Notes: generated by a model not told the origin, from the sequence alone. A DNA stretch of 63,947 bases, filler included, from Welwitschia mirabilis (GCA_051453625.1; 4 parts of one record of this genome joined end to end with filler, not necessarily neighbours in it), one strand, 5' to 3'. Positions 1 through 13,117 are shown, counted from the whole stretch's first letter. Numbers and translations are program-made.

Positions 1-1291
1 GTCCAGATGTCAATAGCAGACAACATCTCCAACTAGTCGATAACACTTCATATGTAGCTCACAGGCACTTCAACTAGAGCAGACTAAGAGTTTCAATTAT
101 CAGTCTTTGTCGTCTTCTCCTTCATCTAAATGACCAGAAAGATGACATTGTTCTCTTAGAATTTTACTGAACGTTTGCTCGAGTTATTACCACTTTATTG
201 TGACTTTCCTTTGCATGTTAACTAAAGTTTTCTCCATGCTTCTTTGTCAGTTCCCTTTCCTTTTCTATCTATAAATAAAGATATCCCCCTAGATTTTTAA
301 TCATCTTCAACAGTACCTGACATTCTCATGATAGAAGATCTTGGAACCGGAGAACCATCTTGTAATCCAGAGAGATGTTACCTTAGTGTTGATTGATGTA
401 TCCTCCATTAAGAAATGACTACTTTGTAATACATATGCTTCTATGCTTTTAATATAAATTATCTTCTTTTGTGTTCAATATATATAGGAACTCCTCCCTT
501 ATAGTTTATGTTATTTAAGATTCAGTAACAAGTTTCTTCTATTATATAGATTATGAGGGCAACCTTTATTAAGGTTAAGCTTAATTAGTTTAGGTGCATC
601 GTTATTTATTTTTTTAGANNNNNNNNNNNNNNNNNNNNNNNNNNNNNNNNNNNNNNNNNNNNNNNNNNNNNNNNNNNNNNNNNNNNNNNNNNNNNNNNNN
701 NNNNNNNNNNNNNNNNNNGTATCCCCCTAGATTTTCAATCATCTTCGACAGTACCTGACATTCTCATGATAGAAGATCTTGGAACTGGAGAACCATCTTG
801 TAATCCAGAGAGATGTTACCTTGGTGTTGATTGATGTATCCTCCATTAAGAAATGACTACTTTGTAATACATATGCTTTTATGCTTTTAATATACATTAT
901 CTTCTTTTGTGTTCAATATATATAGGAACTTCTCCCTCATAGTTTATGTTATTTAAGATTCAGTGATAAGTTTCTTTTATTATATAGATTATGAGGGCAA
1001 CCTTTATTAAGGTTAAGCTTAATTAGTTTAGATGCATCGTTATTTATTTTTTTAGATTAATTTTGCACAAGTATATTTTAATTTCCTACATTACAATTTA
1101 TTTTAGTAGATTAGGGTTACAATATTTCTATCTCAAAATAAACTCTATTATTTTCATACTATTGGCCTTCGATAGAATTACAGCATTCGAATTACTCCCA
1201 ACTATACTAGCATGTTGTGTTTGTGCATCTTATTTATAATTAATAGGATTTAGAGCAAGATGTAAAACATGCCTAAACACACACCACAATA
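1..1291 (+). mobile_element. 3' part of an Athila-type (Ty3/gypsy) LTR, inserted into the 5' LTR of the downstream Sirevirus
   Basis: Ends ...CACACCACAATA at 1291. Its 3' end resembles the PBS-flanked LTR end at ~58660-58787 (GAATTAC..CATT...TATA.TAGCATGT...CACACCGCAACA). TATA-like CTATAAATA at ~269. Sirevirus LTR homology begins immediately after, at 1292. Confidence 0.55.
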
Positions 1292-2294
1292 GTGATCATG
1301 TATCCCATATAGGGTGAGTGGCTATTAAACCTATTACAGACTAAAACAACAATGAGTGATTGATAATCTTATCAAGAGTGACTGAACTGCATTCAGCAAT
1401 TTTTAACTAATTAATAATGAGGGCAATTGAAGATACAAGTAAGGACAACTGATAACTACCTAGATAAGAAACTACCATTAAAAAGATAACCGACCTATCA
1501 AGTTTAGATGACCTCATGCAAGGTTGACTCCCTATCTATGTAAGGGTAATGAGTAGCACTATTAAAACTAAATCTAGAAAGGACAACCTAATGTATCTGT
1601 AAGGGCAACCTAATAAGTAGACTGTCAAATCTAAATCAAGTAAGGATGACCTAATAAACTAATAAGAAGGATTGAATACTAGGGTAATAGAGATTCTAAT
1701 GAGGTCGACTCAACATGTTTTAAATATAACTGTTGTACTTTTGCTTACCAAAAAAAGATAGAACTAGATTTTAATGATCAACTTCTACTATTTGAACATC
1801 TATTTTTAGCCACTTTATTTAAGTACCTTCTTCTAAATAGTGAGAGAAACCACTTTTTAAAATAGATACAACATATCTATCACTATTATATATCCTATAT
1901 GCATTATGCTTAAAAGATTGTAAGATTAGATTTCTCTTAGGCTATCTCTCTTCTTCTTATCTAGCTTATCAGAGCTTACTTTGCATTTGTACCTATGAGT
2001 CATAACTATGCATTTGTGTACCATGCTTAAATCTATTCTTTCATGGTTATGGATTAGCTCTTAAATCCACTAGTGATTATATAGGTTTTTTATGAGCCTG
2101 AAAACTAACGTTTAAGGTTAGTCTATACCAGTTAGAGACATGGTATCTAAGAGCTGAAGGGTGGTGACTATCCACCATTAAAAACATTCTATGATTTTTT
2201 GGTGATGTGTTTGATCTTTATTTATAGGTATTTGAGGTGGATGGATATTTTATTATAACCTATTCACCGCCCTTTAGGATTAAACCATTCTTCA
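1292..2294 (+). repeat. 5' LTR of Sirevirus, 5'-truncated
   Basis: Aligns by eye with 9592-10605. Ends CCATTCTTCA, followed by the PBS. Confidence 0.9.
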
Positions 2295-2296
2295 AT

Positions 2297-2308
2297 TGGT
2301 ATTAGAGC
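2297..2308 (+). promoter_or_regulatory. Primer binding site (tRNA-iMet)
   Basis: TGGTATTAGAGC, one transition from the canonical TGGTATCAGAGC, just after the LTR end. Confidence 0.9.
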
Positions 2309-2358
2309 AAGGTTAAGTAACAAATCCTAATAGATCTTTACTCCATCTAACCTTGAAA

Positions 2359-5300
2359 ATGAGTCAGTCATTAAAAGAAAATTCGGTTACAAGGCCTCCC
2401 TTCTTTGATGGAATCAACTATGATTATTTAAAGGCAAAAATAAATGTCTTTATTTAATCTATAGACATTAAAATATGGGAATCTATTACTAATGGCTATT
2501 GTCTTTCTACTATGTAAGATCCAATAATCTAACTAACATTTCTAAAGAGTAAAGACAAGTGAACATCTAACAAAAAGATGGTGATATCATACAACTTCAA
2601 AGGGTTAAATGCTATCTTTTATACCATAGGTCTGGAAGATTTCAAATAAGTAGTAAATTGCATCATAGCTAAAGAAGCATAGGATATTTTGTAGATCACT
2701 CATAAAGAAATAAGCTTAGTAAAGCAGGATACGCTTTAAATGATCATTACTCAGTTTAAAAATATCAAAATAAAAGAGGATGAAGGTATAAATATTTTTT
2801 TGTAGAACTAATGGATATTATCAATTCTGTACATGGCCTATGTTAATTTCTTGATGAGTCAAGAGTAGTATGCAAGGCATTAAGATCCCTTCCTAAGAGA
2901 TTTGAGTCTAAAGTAACTGCCATCAAAGAAATCAAAGATCTGAATATCATGAAGATGGATAAGTTCTAAGAAAACCTTTACATGTCTGAACTGAAATTTG
3001 GAAAGTAGAAGAAGAAAATTCTAGCATTAATAGCTACTCATGAAAATATCAATATAAAAAAAGGATCTGACCAAGAACTGGAAAGTGAAGATGAAGTAGC
3101 TCTTTTAGCCAGAAGATTGAGGTACTTTATGTAACTAAGACAAAATGGATGTTAATCCAAAAGATCACCAAGAAGAAAAGATGAGGGACAAAAAGACATC
3201 TAATGCTACTCTTTTAAGGGTTTTAGTTACACTTTTAATGTTTGCTCAAACAACAAAAAGGATGATAAGAGAAAAGGAAAAAAAGTCTTATCAGCAACAT
3301 GAGATGATGAAGAAAGTGAAAGCAAATCAAACTCAGATTTAAAAAGAGGTGGAATCTCTCTCATGTCCTTTATAGATGAAAAGGTATATTCCACACCCAC
3401 TATTGATTCCTTTGATAATGATGATATGCTTAGTAAAATAANNNNNNNNNNNNNNNNNNNNNNNNNNNNNNNNNNNNNNNNNNNNNNNNNNNNNNNNNNN
3501 NNNNNNNNNNNNNNNNNNNNNNNNNNNNNNNNNNNNNNNNNNNNNNNNNNNNNNNNNNNNNNNNNNNNNNNNNNNNNNNNNNNNNNNNNNNNNNNNNNNN
3601 NNNNNNNNNNNNNNNNNNNNNNNNNNNNNNNNNNNNNNNNNNNNNNNNNNNNNNNNNNNNNNNNNNNNNNNNNNNNNNNNNNNNNNNNNNNNNNNNNNNN
3701 NNNNNNNNNNNNNNNNNNNNNNNNNNNNNNNNNNNNNNNNNNNNNNNNNNNNNNNNNNNNNNNNNNNNNNNNTTTGATAATGATGATATGCTTATTAAAA
3801 TAAAAGTGGAACTCCATATGAAATGTTAAAATCTAGCCCTTAGAGTGAAGAATCTAAAGAAAGAAAACAAAAATCTATTAGATAAATTAGAGAATAAAGA
3901 AAGGAAAATTAAAGATTTGAAAAACAAACTTGAATCGAATTCAAAGATGTCTTAAGGGACTTTAACCAGTAAACATTCTACAAGATTCTTTTACACTTAG
4001 TCAAATCATGTCTATTCTCGCAAACCCTTTAATAAATTAAACTCCAAATACTTATTGACAAATATTACCTACCATTATTTCATTAATAAGGAACACTCAA
4101 AGATTGATTATATTTTTTATAAGAGTTAGTTTTCTCACTTCATGCTAGGTTATAAATTTACTTTCTCTTTATAAATTTACTTTCTCTTTAGAATATAATC
4201 AAAATTCAAACAAAAACAAATGCATGAGCTAGATTCCAAAATTCTTAAATAAAAGCTTACTAATTTAAATGGCTTTAAAGGAAACTAATCATTTTTACTA
4301 GTATTTTAATAGTGGTTGCTCTAGACATATGGAAAGTAACAAGTCCAACTTTGTCAAATTCAAGGAATATGATGGAGGAGAAGTAATGCTTGACAATAAT
4401 GAAAGAGCTTGAATTGAAGGAATTGGAAGCATCAATGGAGGTAACTTACCAAATATTTATAATGTATTATTTATAAATGGTTTAAAGCATAATCTATTAA
4501 NNNNNNNNNNNNNNNNNNNNNNNNNNNNNNNNNNNNNNNNNNNNNNNNNNNNNNNNNNNNNNNNNNNNNNNNNNNNNNNNNNNNNNNNNNNNNNNNNNNN
4601 GACAATAATGAAAGAGCTTGAATTGAAGGAATTGGAAGCATCAATGGAGATAACTTACCAAATATTCATAATGTGTTATTTATAAATGGTTTAAAGCATA
4701 ATCTATTAAGTATTAGTCAAATATGTAATAAGGGTCATAAAGTATCTTTTGATGGAAATAAGTATACAATCAAACATGATAAAAATAATTAGTTATTACT
4801 AGTAATAACAAGACACAAAAATGTTTATTATGTAAATTAGTCAAGTAATTCTATTTGTTTTTCTTCTCATGTTCAAAAAAATATTATCTGGCATCAACAT
4901 TTAGGTTACATTAGCTTTGGAAATTTAAAGGGAATATGTTGTGATGAGATTATTAAAGGTTTCCAAAAATTTCTATCACTCACAAAGGCTTATGTGATGC
5001 TTACCAAAAAGGAAAATAAATCAGAGCTTCTCATAAAATAATAAGTGATATTACTACTAGTAAACCTTTAGATTTAATTCATATATATTTGGTTGAACCT
5101 ATTCAAACAACAAGCTTATTTGAAAAAAGATACTTTTTAGACATGTTGATGATTTTTCTAGATTTTCTTGGGTAGCCTTTCTTTATGTAAAACTTGATGC
5201 TTATAAAAACTTTATTAGAATTTGCAAAAAACTCCAAACTAAAAAGGGGTATGTAATTAGGAAGATTTGTAGTGATTATGGTAGAGAGTTTGAAAATTAA

Positions 5301-7400
5301 AGATTTAAATATTATTATAACTTAAATGAAATTAACCATGAATTTTCAGCTCTAAATACTCCTCAACAAAATGGAATAGTAGAAAGAAAAAAATCATACA
5401 TTATTAAATATAACAAGAGTCATGCTAAATAACAAAGATATCCCAAAAGTATTTTGGACTAAAGTAGTAAACACATCTTGTCATATTTTAAATAGAGTTT
5501 ATTTGAGACTAAAAACNNNNNNNNNNNNNNNNNNNNNNNNNNNNNNNNNNNNNNNNNNNNNNNNNNNNNNNNNNNNNNNNNNNNNATATTCTTGGAGTAC
5601 TCTCAATAAAGTAGAGCTTATAGAGTGTTCAAAAAATGCACTCTTCATATGGAAGAATCTATAAATGTCAAAATACAACAAAATCCTCTAAGACTAATGA
5701 AGATCTAGTTCCTCCTTCTTTTTACCACAATGGAGATGACTCAAGAGATAAGACAATACTAGAAATCAAAGAACTTAAGGATCATCCTTTAGATTTAATC
5801 ATTAGAAATGTTCAATAAGGTATAGTCACTAGAAACTTTCTTAAGAATTTCAGTGCTTATATTTATTTGTTATCTTAGATGGAATAAAAAACTTTTGAGG
5901 ATGCTCAATCTAATACATGTTAGATGAATGCTATGCAAGAAGAACTTGAATAATTTTCACAAAATCAGGTGTGGTCTCTTATTCTTAAACTAGCTGAAAA
6001 AATCTCATAGGCATAACATGGATTTTTAAAAATAAAGTAAATGAAAAGAATGTAATTACCAAAAACAAAGCAAGGCTTGTAGCTCAAGGGTACTCTCAAA
6101 TAGAAGGAGTAAATTATGATGATACCTTTGCTTCTGTTACTAGACTTGAGTCTATAAGAATGTTTCTAGATTTTGCTTGTTATAAGAAAATTAAATTTTT
6201 TGAGATGAATGTAAAGAATGCTTTTCTAAATGATCACATTGAGGAAGAAGTGTATGTAAAACAACTACAAGATTTTTTTGATTCTTACAAATCAGAATAT
6301 TTTTACAAACTTAACAAGGCTTTATATGGGTTAAAACAAGCTCCTAAATCTTGTTATGAGAAGCTTTTCTCTTTTCTAATTTAGTACGGTTTTACTAGAG
6401 GCTCTATTAATAAAAAATTATTTAGAAAATTAGTGAATGATTAATTAATTTTTGTTTATATATGGATGACATTATTTTTGGGTCAACTAATAAAGGTTTA
6501 TCAAATGATTTTGCAAATCTTAAGAGTTTTGAGCTTGAAATGAGTAGGGTTAGACTAGTTAATATTTTTTTAGGTCTATAAATCCAACAACATGATAATG
6601 GTATATTCATAAATCAAAAGAAGAAGTACTCTTTAGATCTTATCAAAAAATTCAGACTAGAAAATGAAAAGAGTGTGGACTCTCTAGTGGCCACTAACAT
6701 CAAACTTTCTCTTGCTGAAGAAGACAAGGATGTGGATCAAAAGTTATAGCGTAGCAGTATTGAAAGTCTATTGTATCTAACAGCTAGCTATCTTAATAGA
6801 GCATTTAGTGTTAGTTTGTATGCTAGGTATAAAAGTAAATCAAAAAAATCTCATCTTATTACTACAAAGAGGATCATTCGCTATGATCAAGGTACCCTTA
6901 ATTTTGATCTATGGTATTCGAGTAATACTTATCTAAGCTTAATAGGTTATAGTGATGTAGATTAGGATAGATGTAAAGATGATTGAAAGAGCATAAGTGG
7001 TGGATTTGTTTCTTTGAAAATTGTCTCATAGCTTGGTATAGCAAGAAGCAATGCTCCATGTCCCTATCCATAGCAGAAGCTAAGTACATAGCTGCTAGAG
7101 CTTAATGCACTCAGATACTATAAATAAAAGAAACTTTAAAATATTATGGCCTAGACATCTCTAAAGTTTCTATTCTATGCAATAACTCAAATGCCATTCA
7201 AAATGCTTATAATCTAGTTCAACATACTCACACTAAGTACATCGATCTTAAATATCATTTTATCTAATACTTGATAGAGAAGAAAATTATCACATTGAAT
7301 ATGTTTGTACTTAAGATTAATTAGTTGATATTTTCATAAAATCTTTATCATTTGATCATTTTGCTACACTTCATTACTTTGTAGTACCATGTCTGAGAAA
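2359..7400 (+). pseudogene. Decayed copia gag-pol polyprotein (gag, zinc knuckle, aspartic protease, integrase, RT, RNase H)
   Basis: Manual translation: MSQSLKENSVTRPPFFDGINYDY (gag); YFNSGCSRHM at ~4300 (protease); KPLDLIH, VDDFSRFSWV, SDYGREFEN, TPQQNGIVERK (integrase); KARLVAQGYSQIEG, ALYGLKQAP (RT); GYSDVD, LVDIFIK (RNase H). Many stops and frameshifts. The 3' boundary is approximate. Confidence 0.93.
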
Positions 7401-7984
7401 GACTTAAAAAACCCAGCCTCAGCTGAACATTAGAGTTTAGTTGATGGATTTAAAACTTTCAATGTTATATCAAATTGAACCCCAGTCAACCTTCTAGGTA
7501 AGTTGAGATAACCATATGTCTTTCAGTTTTTCTTATTAAATTTTTCTTTACATTGGATCAATTGGATCTTTTATTTGGGTTAACCTCTTTTTGTCTCAAT
7601 TTTCCTATTAAACTCCCTTTCTATGAGTCAACCATTCATGCATATCGGGTCAACCTCATGAAGCTACTCTTTCTTGTTAAATTAGATTGACCTCTCCTTT
7701 TATTAAGGTTGACTGACTTTGCCTTAGTCTATTCTATTAAATTTTCTTCTAACAAGGTTGACCATGTTTATTATATAGTTAACCATTGTATTATAGTTTA
7801 AACTTTAAAAATTTACATGGGTCGACTAATGAATTCATTTGGTTACCCACATTTAAGGCAGTGTGCCAGGGATTTTTAAATCCACTTGCTCTTTCATAAC
7901 CCTCATTTGTCCTTTTTAAGATTGTCCTTTTCTCTAGCTTTTGTGATCCACTATTTTTATTTTACATGCTTCTTCTCTTCAAAT

Positions 7985-8995
7985 ATGGTCTTCAAATGGC
8001 TTCAGTAGTCTGGAGAGGGTTCTAAGAAGAGAATAAAGGAGTCTGCTATCAAACCTCCAAGCTACATTTTTTTTAAAATGAACACAAATCATATAGAACA
8101 TTTTGAGAAACATTTTAAATCCAGCCTTATTACAATGGAAATGACTTGTGAACCTATGTAGTTTCTTAGTTTGAGAAAAGTCTAGACTCTCCTTGAGGAG
8201 GTGAACTGAAGTTATTTTCTCCATATTTCAAGTACATGCTATCCATTGGTAACTAGGTTATTTTATTCAAATGCTTGTTTTGATGCTATCTACTCCACAT
8301 TCATTACCATTATTTTTGATCATGAGATGCACATCACTACACATTTGATAGCTTTTCTTCTTAGGTTACCTTAAGGCAACATAAAAGAATATTCATCCAT
8401 AAATGAATCCTTTAAAGAGAAGGAAGCTACCACTTAGCATGTTTATGGTATGTTCCTCACCTAGAAGAAGACCCTCAAAGATTCTCAACTTCTTCCCAGG
8501 TTTTGTCTTCTACATTTGATTCTTTCATACAATTTTCTTCCTATTGCCAGGCACAGAGATAAAATCTTTAACTATTAAGTCTTTCTTCTCTACTCGTTGG
8601 ATTAGAGATGTGACATCGATGCTTCTAGTATTATGCTTAAGAACATGGTTAATCAACTTCAACCTCATAAGAGATGCTCCCTACCATATTTTCTTATCAC
8701 TTAAATTTGTCGACACTTTGACATTTCACATATTTATTAGTAAGAAGTTCAGAAGACAATGGGACCCATTAACTACATCATGCTCTCATAGATGCACATA
8801 TTTGAGGAGCCAACTGCTCCTTGTAGGTCCAAGATTAAGGCCTCTCATACTCTATAGATTCTTGACTTATTGTGCTTTCTTGACTCTTGTACTCAATACA
8901 TTAAGGATACACTCATTGCTAGTGGTACTTCTTAGCTGACACTTCTTAGAGTGAAGATGCATAGTCTTCTGAAGAATTCTTTGATTCTGACTAAA
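7985..8995 (+). pseudogene. Decayed Sirevirus env-like ORF
   Basis: Lies between pol and the PPT. Contains CYPLVTRLFYSNA at ~8236-8275 and an LPY..LIT-like motif at ~8677. Resembles the ORFs at 35784-36446 and 42430-42757. Boundaries approximate. Confidence 0.75.
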
Positions 8996-9048
8996 TTTTT
9001 CTATTGTATATTTCTCTTCTTTTTGTCCTTCCTATCTTTGATTTCATT

Positions 9049-9320
9049 AAAAAGGGGGATAAATATGTATATGTCAAATGTATTTCTTTTATAAAAGTTA
9101 ATGCCCAAGTTGTAATCTTTTAAATGTATCAAATTCTAATCTTTTAGTTAATATAAAACATGTTTTTACACCAATGAAAATCTCTTTTACTTAAGTTATT
9201 TTTACCTGTGTTTATCCAATAAAAATTGTGTCAATACAAGTTAGTTGCAAATTTATTTGATTAAGGGAAAGCACACATTTTAAAATATTATTTTTTCTCA
9301 ATCAATGACAAAGTGAGAGT
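9049..9320 (+). promoter_or_regulatory. Region with multiple polypurine tracts
   Basis: AAAAAGGGGGA at 9049-9059 and a degenerate CAAAGTGAGAG at ~9309-9319 just before the 3' LTR. Multiple PPTs are a known Sirevirus trait. Confidence 0.6.
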
Positions 9321-9321
9321 T

Positions 9322-10605
9322 TGTTGAAAGAACATATTATCATTAATTAATTAATGAGTTTTTGTCAAGTTAGTTATTTTGTAGAGCTTTCCTAGCATCA
9401 GGTGACTATTAAAGATATTTGGGTAACTAAACTATTATTTAAATATACATTGAGTAACATGTAGGTAACTAGAAGTAAAATATAGGGCAACCAGACTGTT
9501 AGTAAGATCAAACTATTTTAAGACTGGGTGACTATAGCTCCAAGTAGAGGCAATGGAACTGCTAATCAAATGAAGACTAGTTTTAGAATGGATAACCATA
9601 TAGTTCATGTGGGGCAATCAACTATTAAATCTATTACAAAATGAAACAATAGTGGGTGAGCAATGATCTTATCAAATGCAACTAAACTGCATTTGGTAAT
9701 TTTTAGCTGAATAATAGTAAGGGCGACCGAAGACATAAGTAAGAGCAGCCAATAACTACTTAGATAAGAAACTGCCATTAAGAGAACAACCAACTTGTTA
9801 AGTTCAGGTGACCTGATGCAAGGTTGACTCCCTATCTATATAAGGATGATCAAATGTTATGAAGTAGCTCTGTTAAAACTAAATCTAAAAAGGACAACTT
9901 AATGTTTCTATAACGGTGACATAATAAGTAGATTGTCAAATCTGAGTTAAGCAAGGGTAACCCAACAAATTGGTAATGATGATTAAATATTGGGATGACT
10001 AAGATTCTCACGAGTCAATCTAATGTGTTTTAAATATAACCATTCTAATTTCATAATTTACTCAAAAAAGGTAAAACTAGATTTCAATGACCTACTTTTA
10101 CTCTTAGAATGGCTATTTTTAACTGCTTTATTTAAGTACCTTCTTCTCAATAGTGAGAGAACCACTTTTTGAAATAGAGACAACATATCTATCACTATTA
10201 TATGTTCTATATGCACTATGCTTGAAAGATTGTAAGATTAGATTTCTCTTGGGCTATCTCTCTTCTTCTTATCTAGCTTATTAGAGCTTGCTTTGCATTT
10301 GTACTTGTGGATCATAACTATGCATTTGTGGACCTTGCTTGAATTCATTCTTTCATGGTTATGGATTAGCTCTAAAATCCACTAGTAATTATGTAGGTTT
10401 TTGATGAGCCTAAAAATCAACCTTTGAGGTTAATCTATGCCAGATAGAAACATGATGTTTAAGAGCTGAAGGGTGATGACTATCCATCATTAAAAACATT
10501 CTATGATCTTTTAGTGATGTATTTGCTTTTTATTTTCTAGTCTTTAAGATAAATGAATATTTTATTATGATCTATTCAACCCCTCTAGGATCGATCCATT
10601 CTTCA
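9322..10605 (+). repeat. 3' LTR of Sirevirus
   Basis: Starts TGTTG after the PPT-like tract and ends CCATTCTTCA. Homologous to 1292-2294. Confidence 0.88.
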
Positions 10606-11090
10606 ATAACCTTGAATATTAGAGCTTTAAATCCTTGAAGTCTTAAAGTCTTTGAAAGATCATAAAATTTTGCATCAAGTTTCAAGTATGGTTTTAGATT
10701 TATCTACGTTCTTATATGGTTCCTTTATCCTTACATCCTTTTTAAGGCCTAGATAAGTGCTTCTCTTTAATGAATTTACTACTTTCTTAAAAAATCTTGT
10801 AAAATTTTGAGATATATTACTTGTCTATAAGCATTTGTTTCTACTGCTTTCTTGATAAAACTTGTGGAAGTTTGAGGTGTAGTACTTATCTATACTAGTT
10901 TGAAATCTATATAAGTATGATTGTATTTCCAAATTTTGTTCTTATATAACTCCATTCTTAGTAGGAATTTATATCTTATTAAAAATCTTTATGTTGTATC
11001 TTATTAAAATTTGTGATAATAAATATTACATCTTATTATAATACTTTGTAATCTTCAAATCTTTATGGAAATGAGAATTTCACAAATCAT

Positions 11091-11315
11091 CAAATGAGGT
11101 AGTAAAAATTAAGAACCCATAGATCACCAAATGAGGTAGTGGAATTAATAGATCCATAGAATGCCAAATGAGATGGTGGACTTCATAGATTGCTAAATGA
11201 GGCAGTGGAGTATGATAAACTCATTAGATCCCTAATTGAGGTAGTGGAATTGATAGATCCATAAATTGTCAAATGAAATAGTGGACTTCACATATTGCCA
11301 AATGAGGTAGTGGAG
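11091..11315 (+). repeat. Degenerate minisatellite, 7 copies of a CAAATGAGGTAGTGGA-like core with 29-39 bp spacing
   Basis: The core recurs at spacings of about 37, 37, 29, 39, 37 and 29 bp. The intervening sequences are related to each other. Confidence 0.8.
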
Positions 11316-12952
11316 GAAAACTATATAAAAATTGATTATAAACTAGTTATTCTCATTTCATTTCCATAAATTCATTACTTGAAATATTAACCTTATCTTA
11401 TTTATCTTGTGATTTAAAATTCTTTGATCTTTATCTTTGCCTTTTATGGGCCATACTAGGAGCTTTGAAAATTTCATGATTTTGAATTCATATTCTTATG
11501 TTAAATAGCTAGAAAATCTAGATTACAAAAAAGATGATTTAATTTACCAAGGAGGGCATGTTGGAGTAAATATTATCATTGTTTAATTTGTGTTTATAGA
11601 CTATATTACAGTGAATTATTATTATTCTTAAATATTATAATCTTATCATATGGATCTTTTATCTTCTAGATGTTGTAGTGAGTCACTTACTATGGATCTT
11701 TTAAGGCCTAAGATAAAAAATTTAATGAAGATAAAAAAGAAATATGTTGATGTGTTAATGCTTAAAACATAATGACTAAGAAGAAGGAAGAGATGAAGCA
11801 CTGAAATATCGCTCTTAAAAATCTCTTTGAGTTTACATATTTTATTTTTCTTATAAGAATATAACTAAAATACAATGATGAAAATTGAACTTTTTGTAAT
11901 GTAGTCTTGTAATGTACCAAATTGGAGGGAGAAATTTTATTTTACCATTAGCTAAGTATTTCTAAGCATCACTTTGAAGAAGAATTACCTAAAAATAATT
12001 ATTTAATGTTAAATTGGTTTAAGTTTTAGAGCTATGTGGCATGCTAAGGATACATTGTAAGTGGACATCTAGGCCACTATTGGAGAAGAGTTGAATCACT
12101 ATCTTTGTTTTCTTTCTCTACACAAATTCATTGGGCCTCCTTCTAATAATATGTAAAAATGGAAGTAGTGCTTAATAAAACTGAGAAGAGAAGCAAACTC
12201 ATATTTGATGGCCTAACTTTAGGGAGAAAATATTAAGTTGTAGATGCAAGGATTAAAATGTGAGAAACAACACATTAGATAATAAAGTATAACCTACAAA
12301 CCAATTTTGGAGAAAATCCATCATCTGTTCTAGCTAAGAAAAAAATATGTTTGAATAAAATGAGAGTTATATCAAATGAAAATGATGGATTTTAAAGGTT
12401 TTTGATCACTTTATGAAGATGCAGCGGTGGACACGATCTACGTTTGTATTGTATTTGCATTGCAATTATATTTGTAACCTATGTTTATATTTGTATTGCA
12501 TGTATAATTTAAGCACTATGAGAGGAACAACATCAAAAGACTCATCTTTAGATAGTTGTAAATATATTTCTTGACATAAATAAATATGAAACTAGTTATG
12601 GATGTTTTAAATTCTTATTTTCTTATGTAAAAATAGATGAAAATTAACTTTTTAATTTTTTATTTAAATAAATCTAAGTTTAATCCATATCATCTAGGAA
12701 TAACCTAGGTGTTTCTAGTAAAACACGTACTTCATTTTATCATTTTTAGATGTTTTAGATCACTATTATCGTTTAGTGCATTAACAACACAAAATAAGCT
12801 ATTTTGGTTGCATAGATTCTAAGGCCTAGCTTCCCTTAAATAAATTTCAAATAAAGATAGTGTTAAAGCTATGCACAAGGATGGTTATTAATCTTGAATA
12901 CTACATTAATATTTACCAATTTAATATTTTTATTTTTAAAAAACTATGAATA

Positions 12953-13117
12953 TTACATTTTAAATCAAAGCAACATTTGATTTTTTTGTGTGAAAAACAT
13001 GGATTTTACATTTTGATATTAGAGTAACATATGAATTTTTTAAGTGTAAAAGGTAGATTTTACATTTTAGTATTAGAGCAAGTAAAAGTTTTTTGTTGTA
13101 AGATTATGGACCTTACA
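12953..13117 (+). repeat. Three tandem ~53-bp units, each resembling an LTR end plus PBS (TTACA + TTTTGGTATCAGAGC-like)
   Basis: TTACA at 12953, 13006, 13060 and 13113. The first three are followed by degenerate versions of TTTTGGTATCAGAGCA. Confidence 0.6.

Larger units (their letters stand above)
1292..10605 (+). mobile_element. Degenerate Sirevirus (Ty1/copia SIRE/Maximus lineage) LTR retrotransposon with env-like ORF
   Basis: Paired LTRs (1292-2294 and 9322-10605), tRNA-iMet PBS, copia domain order gag-PR-IN-RT-RH, an extra ORF after pol, more than one PPT-like tract, and a C-rich TATTCA(C/A)C.CC..TAGG motif near both LTR 3' ends, as in Sireviruses. Confidence 0.92.

Noticed and set aside
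279-1056. Near-identical duplications flanking ~100-N gaps (also ~4393/4601, 15376/15525, 19475/19847, 20443/20755, 21466/21698, 22150/22447, 22702/22964)
   Set aside because: They always straddle a gap and differ by only a few substitutions. Most likely unmerged contig or haplotype overlaps rather than real tandem repeats.
11091-11315. CRISPR-like repeat/spacer appearance and let-7-like TGAGGTAGT
   Set aside because: The spacers are related to each other, the repeats are degenerate, there are no cas genes and the DNA is plant-like. The short let-7 match has no evident hairpin precursor.
12030-12430. Possible coding remnant (FDGLTLGRKY*VVDARIKM...)
   Set aside because: Several stops and no recognisable family. 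Cannot be assigned without a search.
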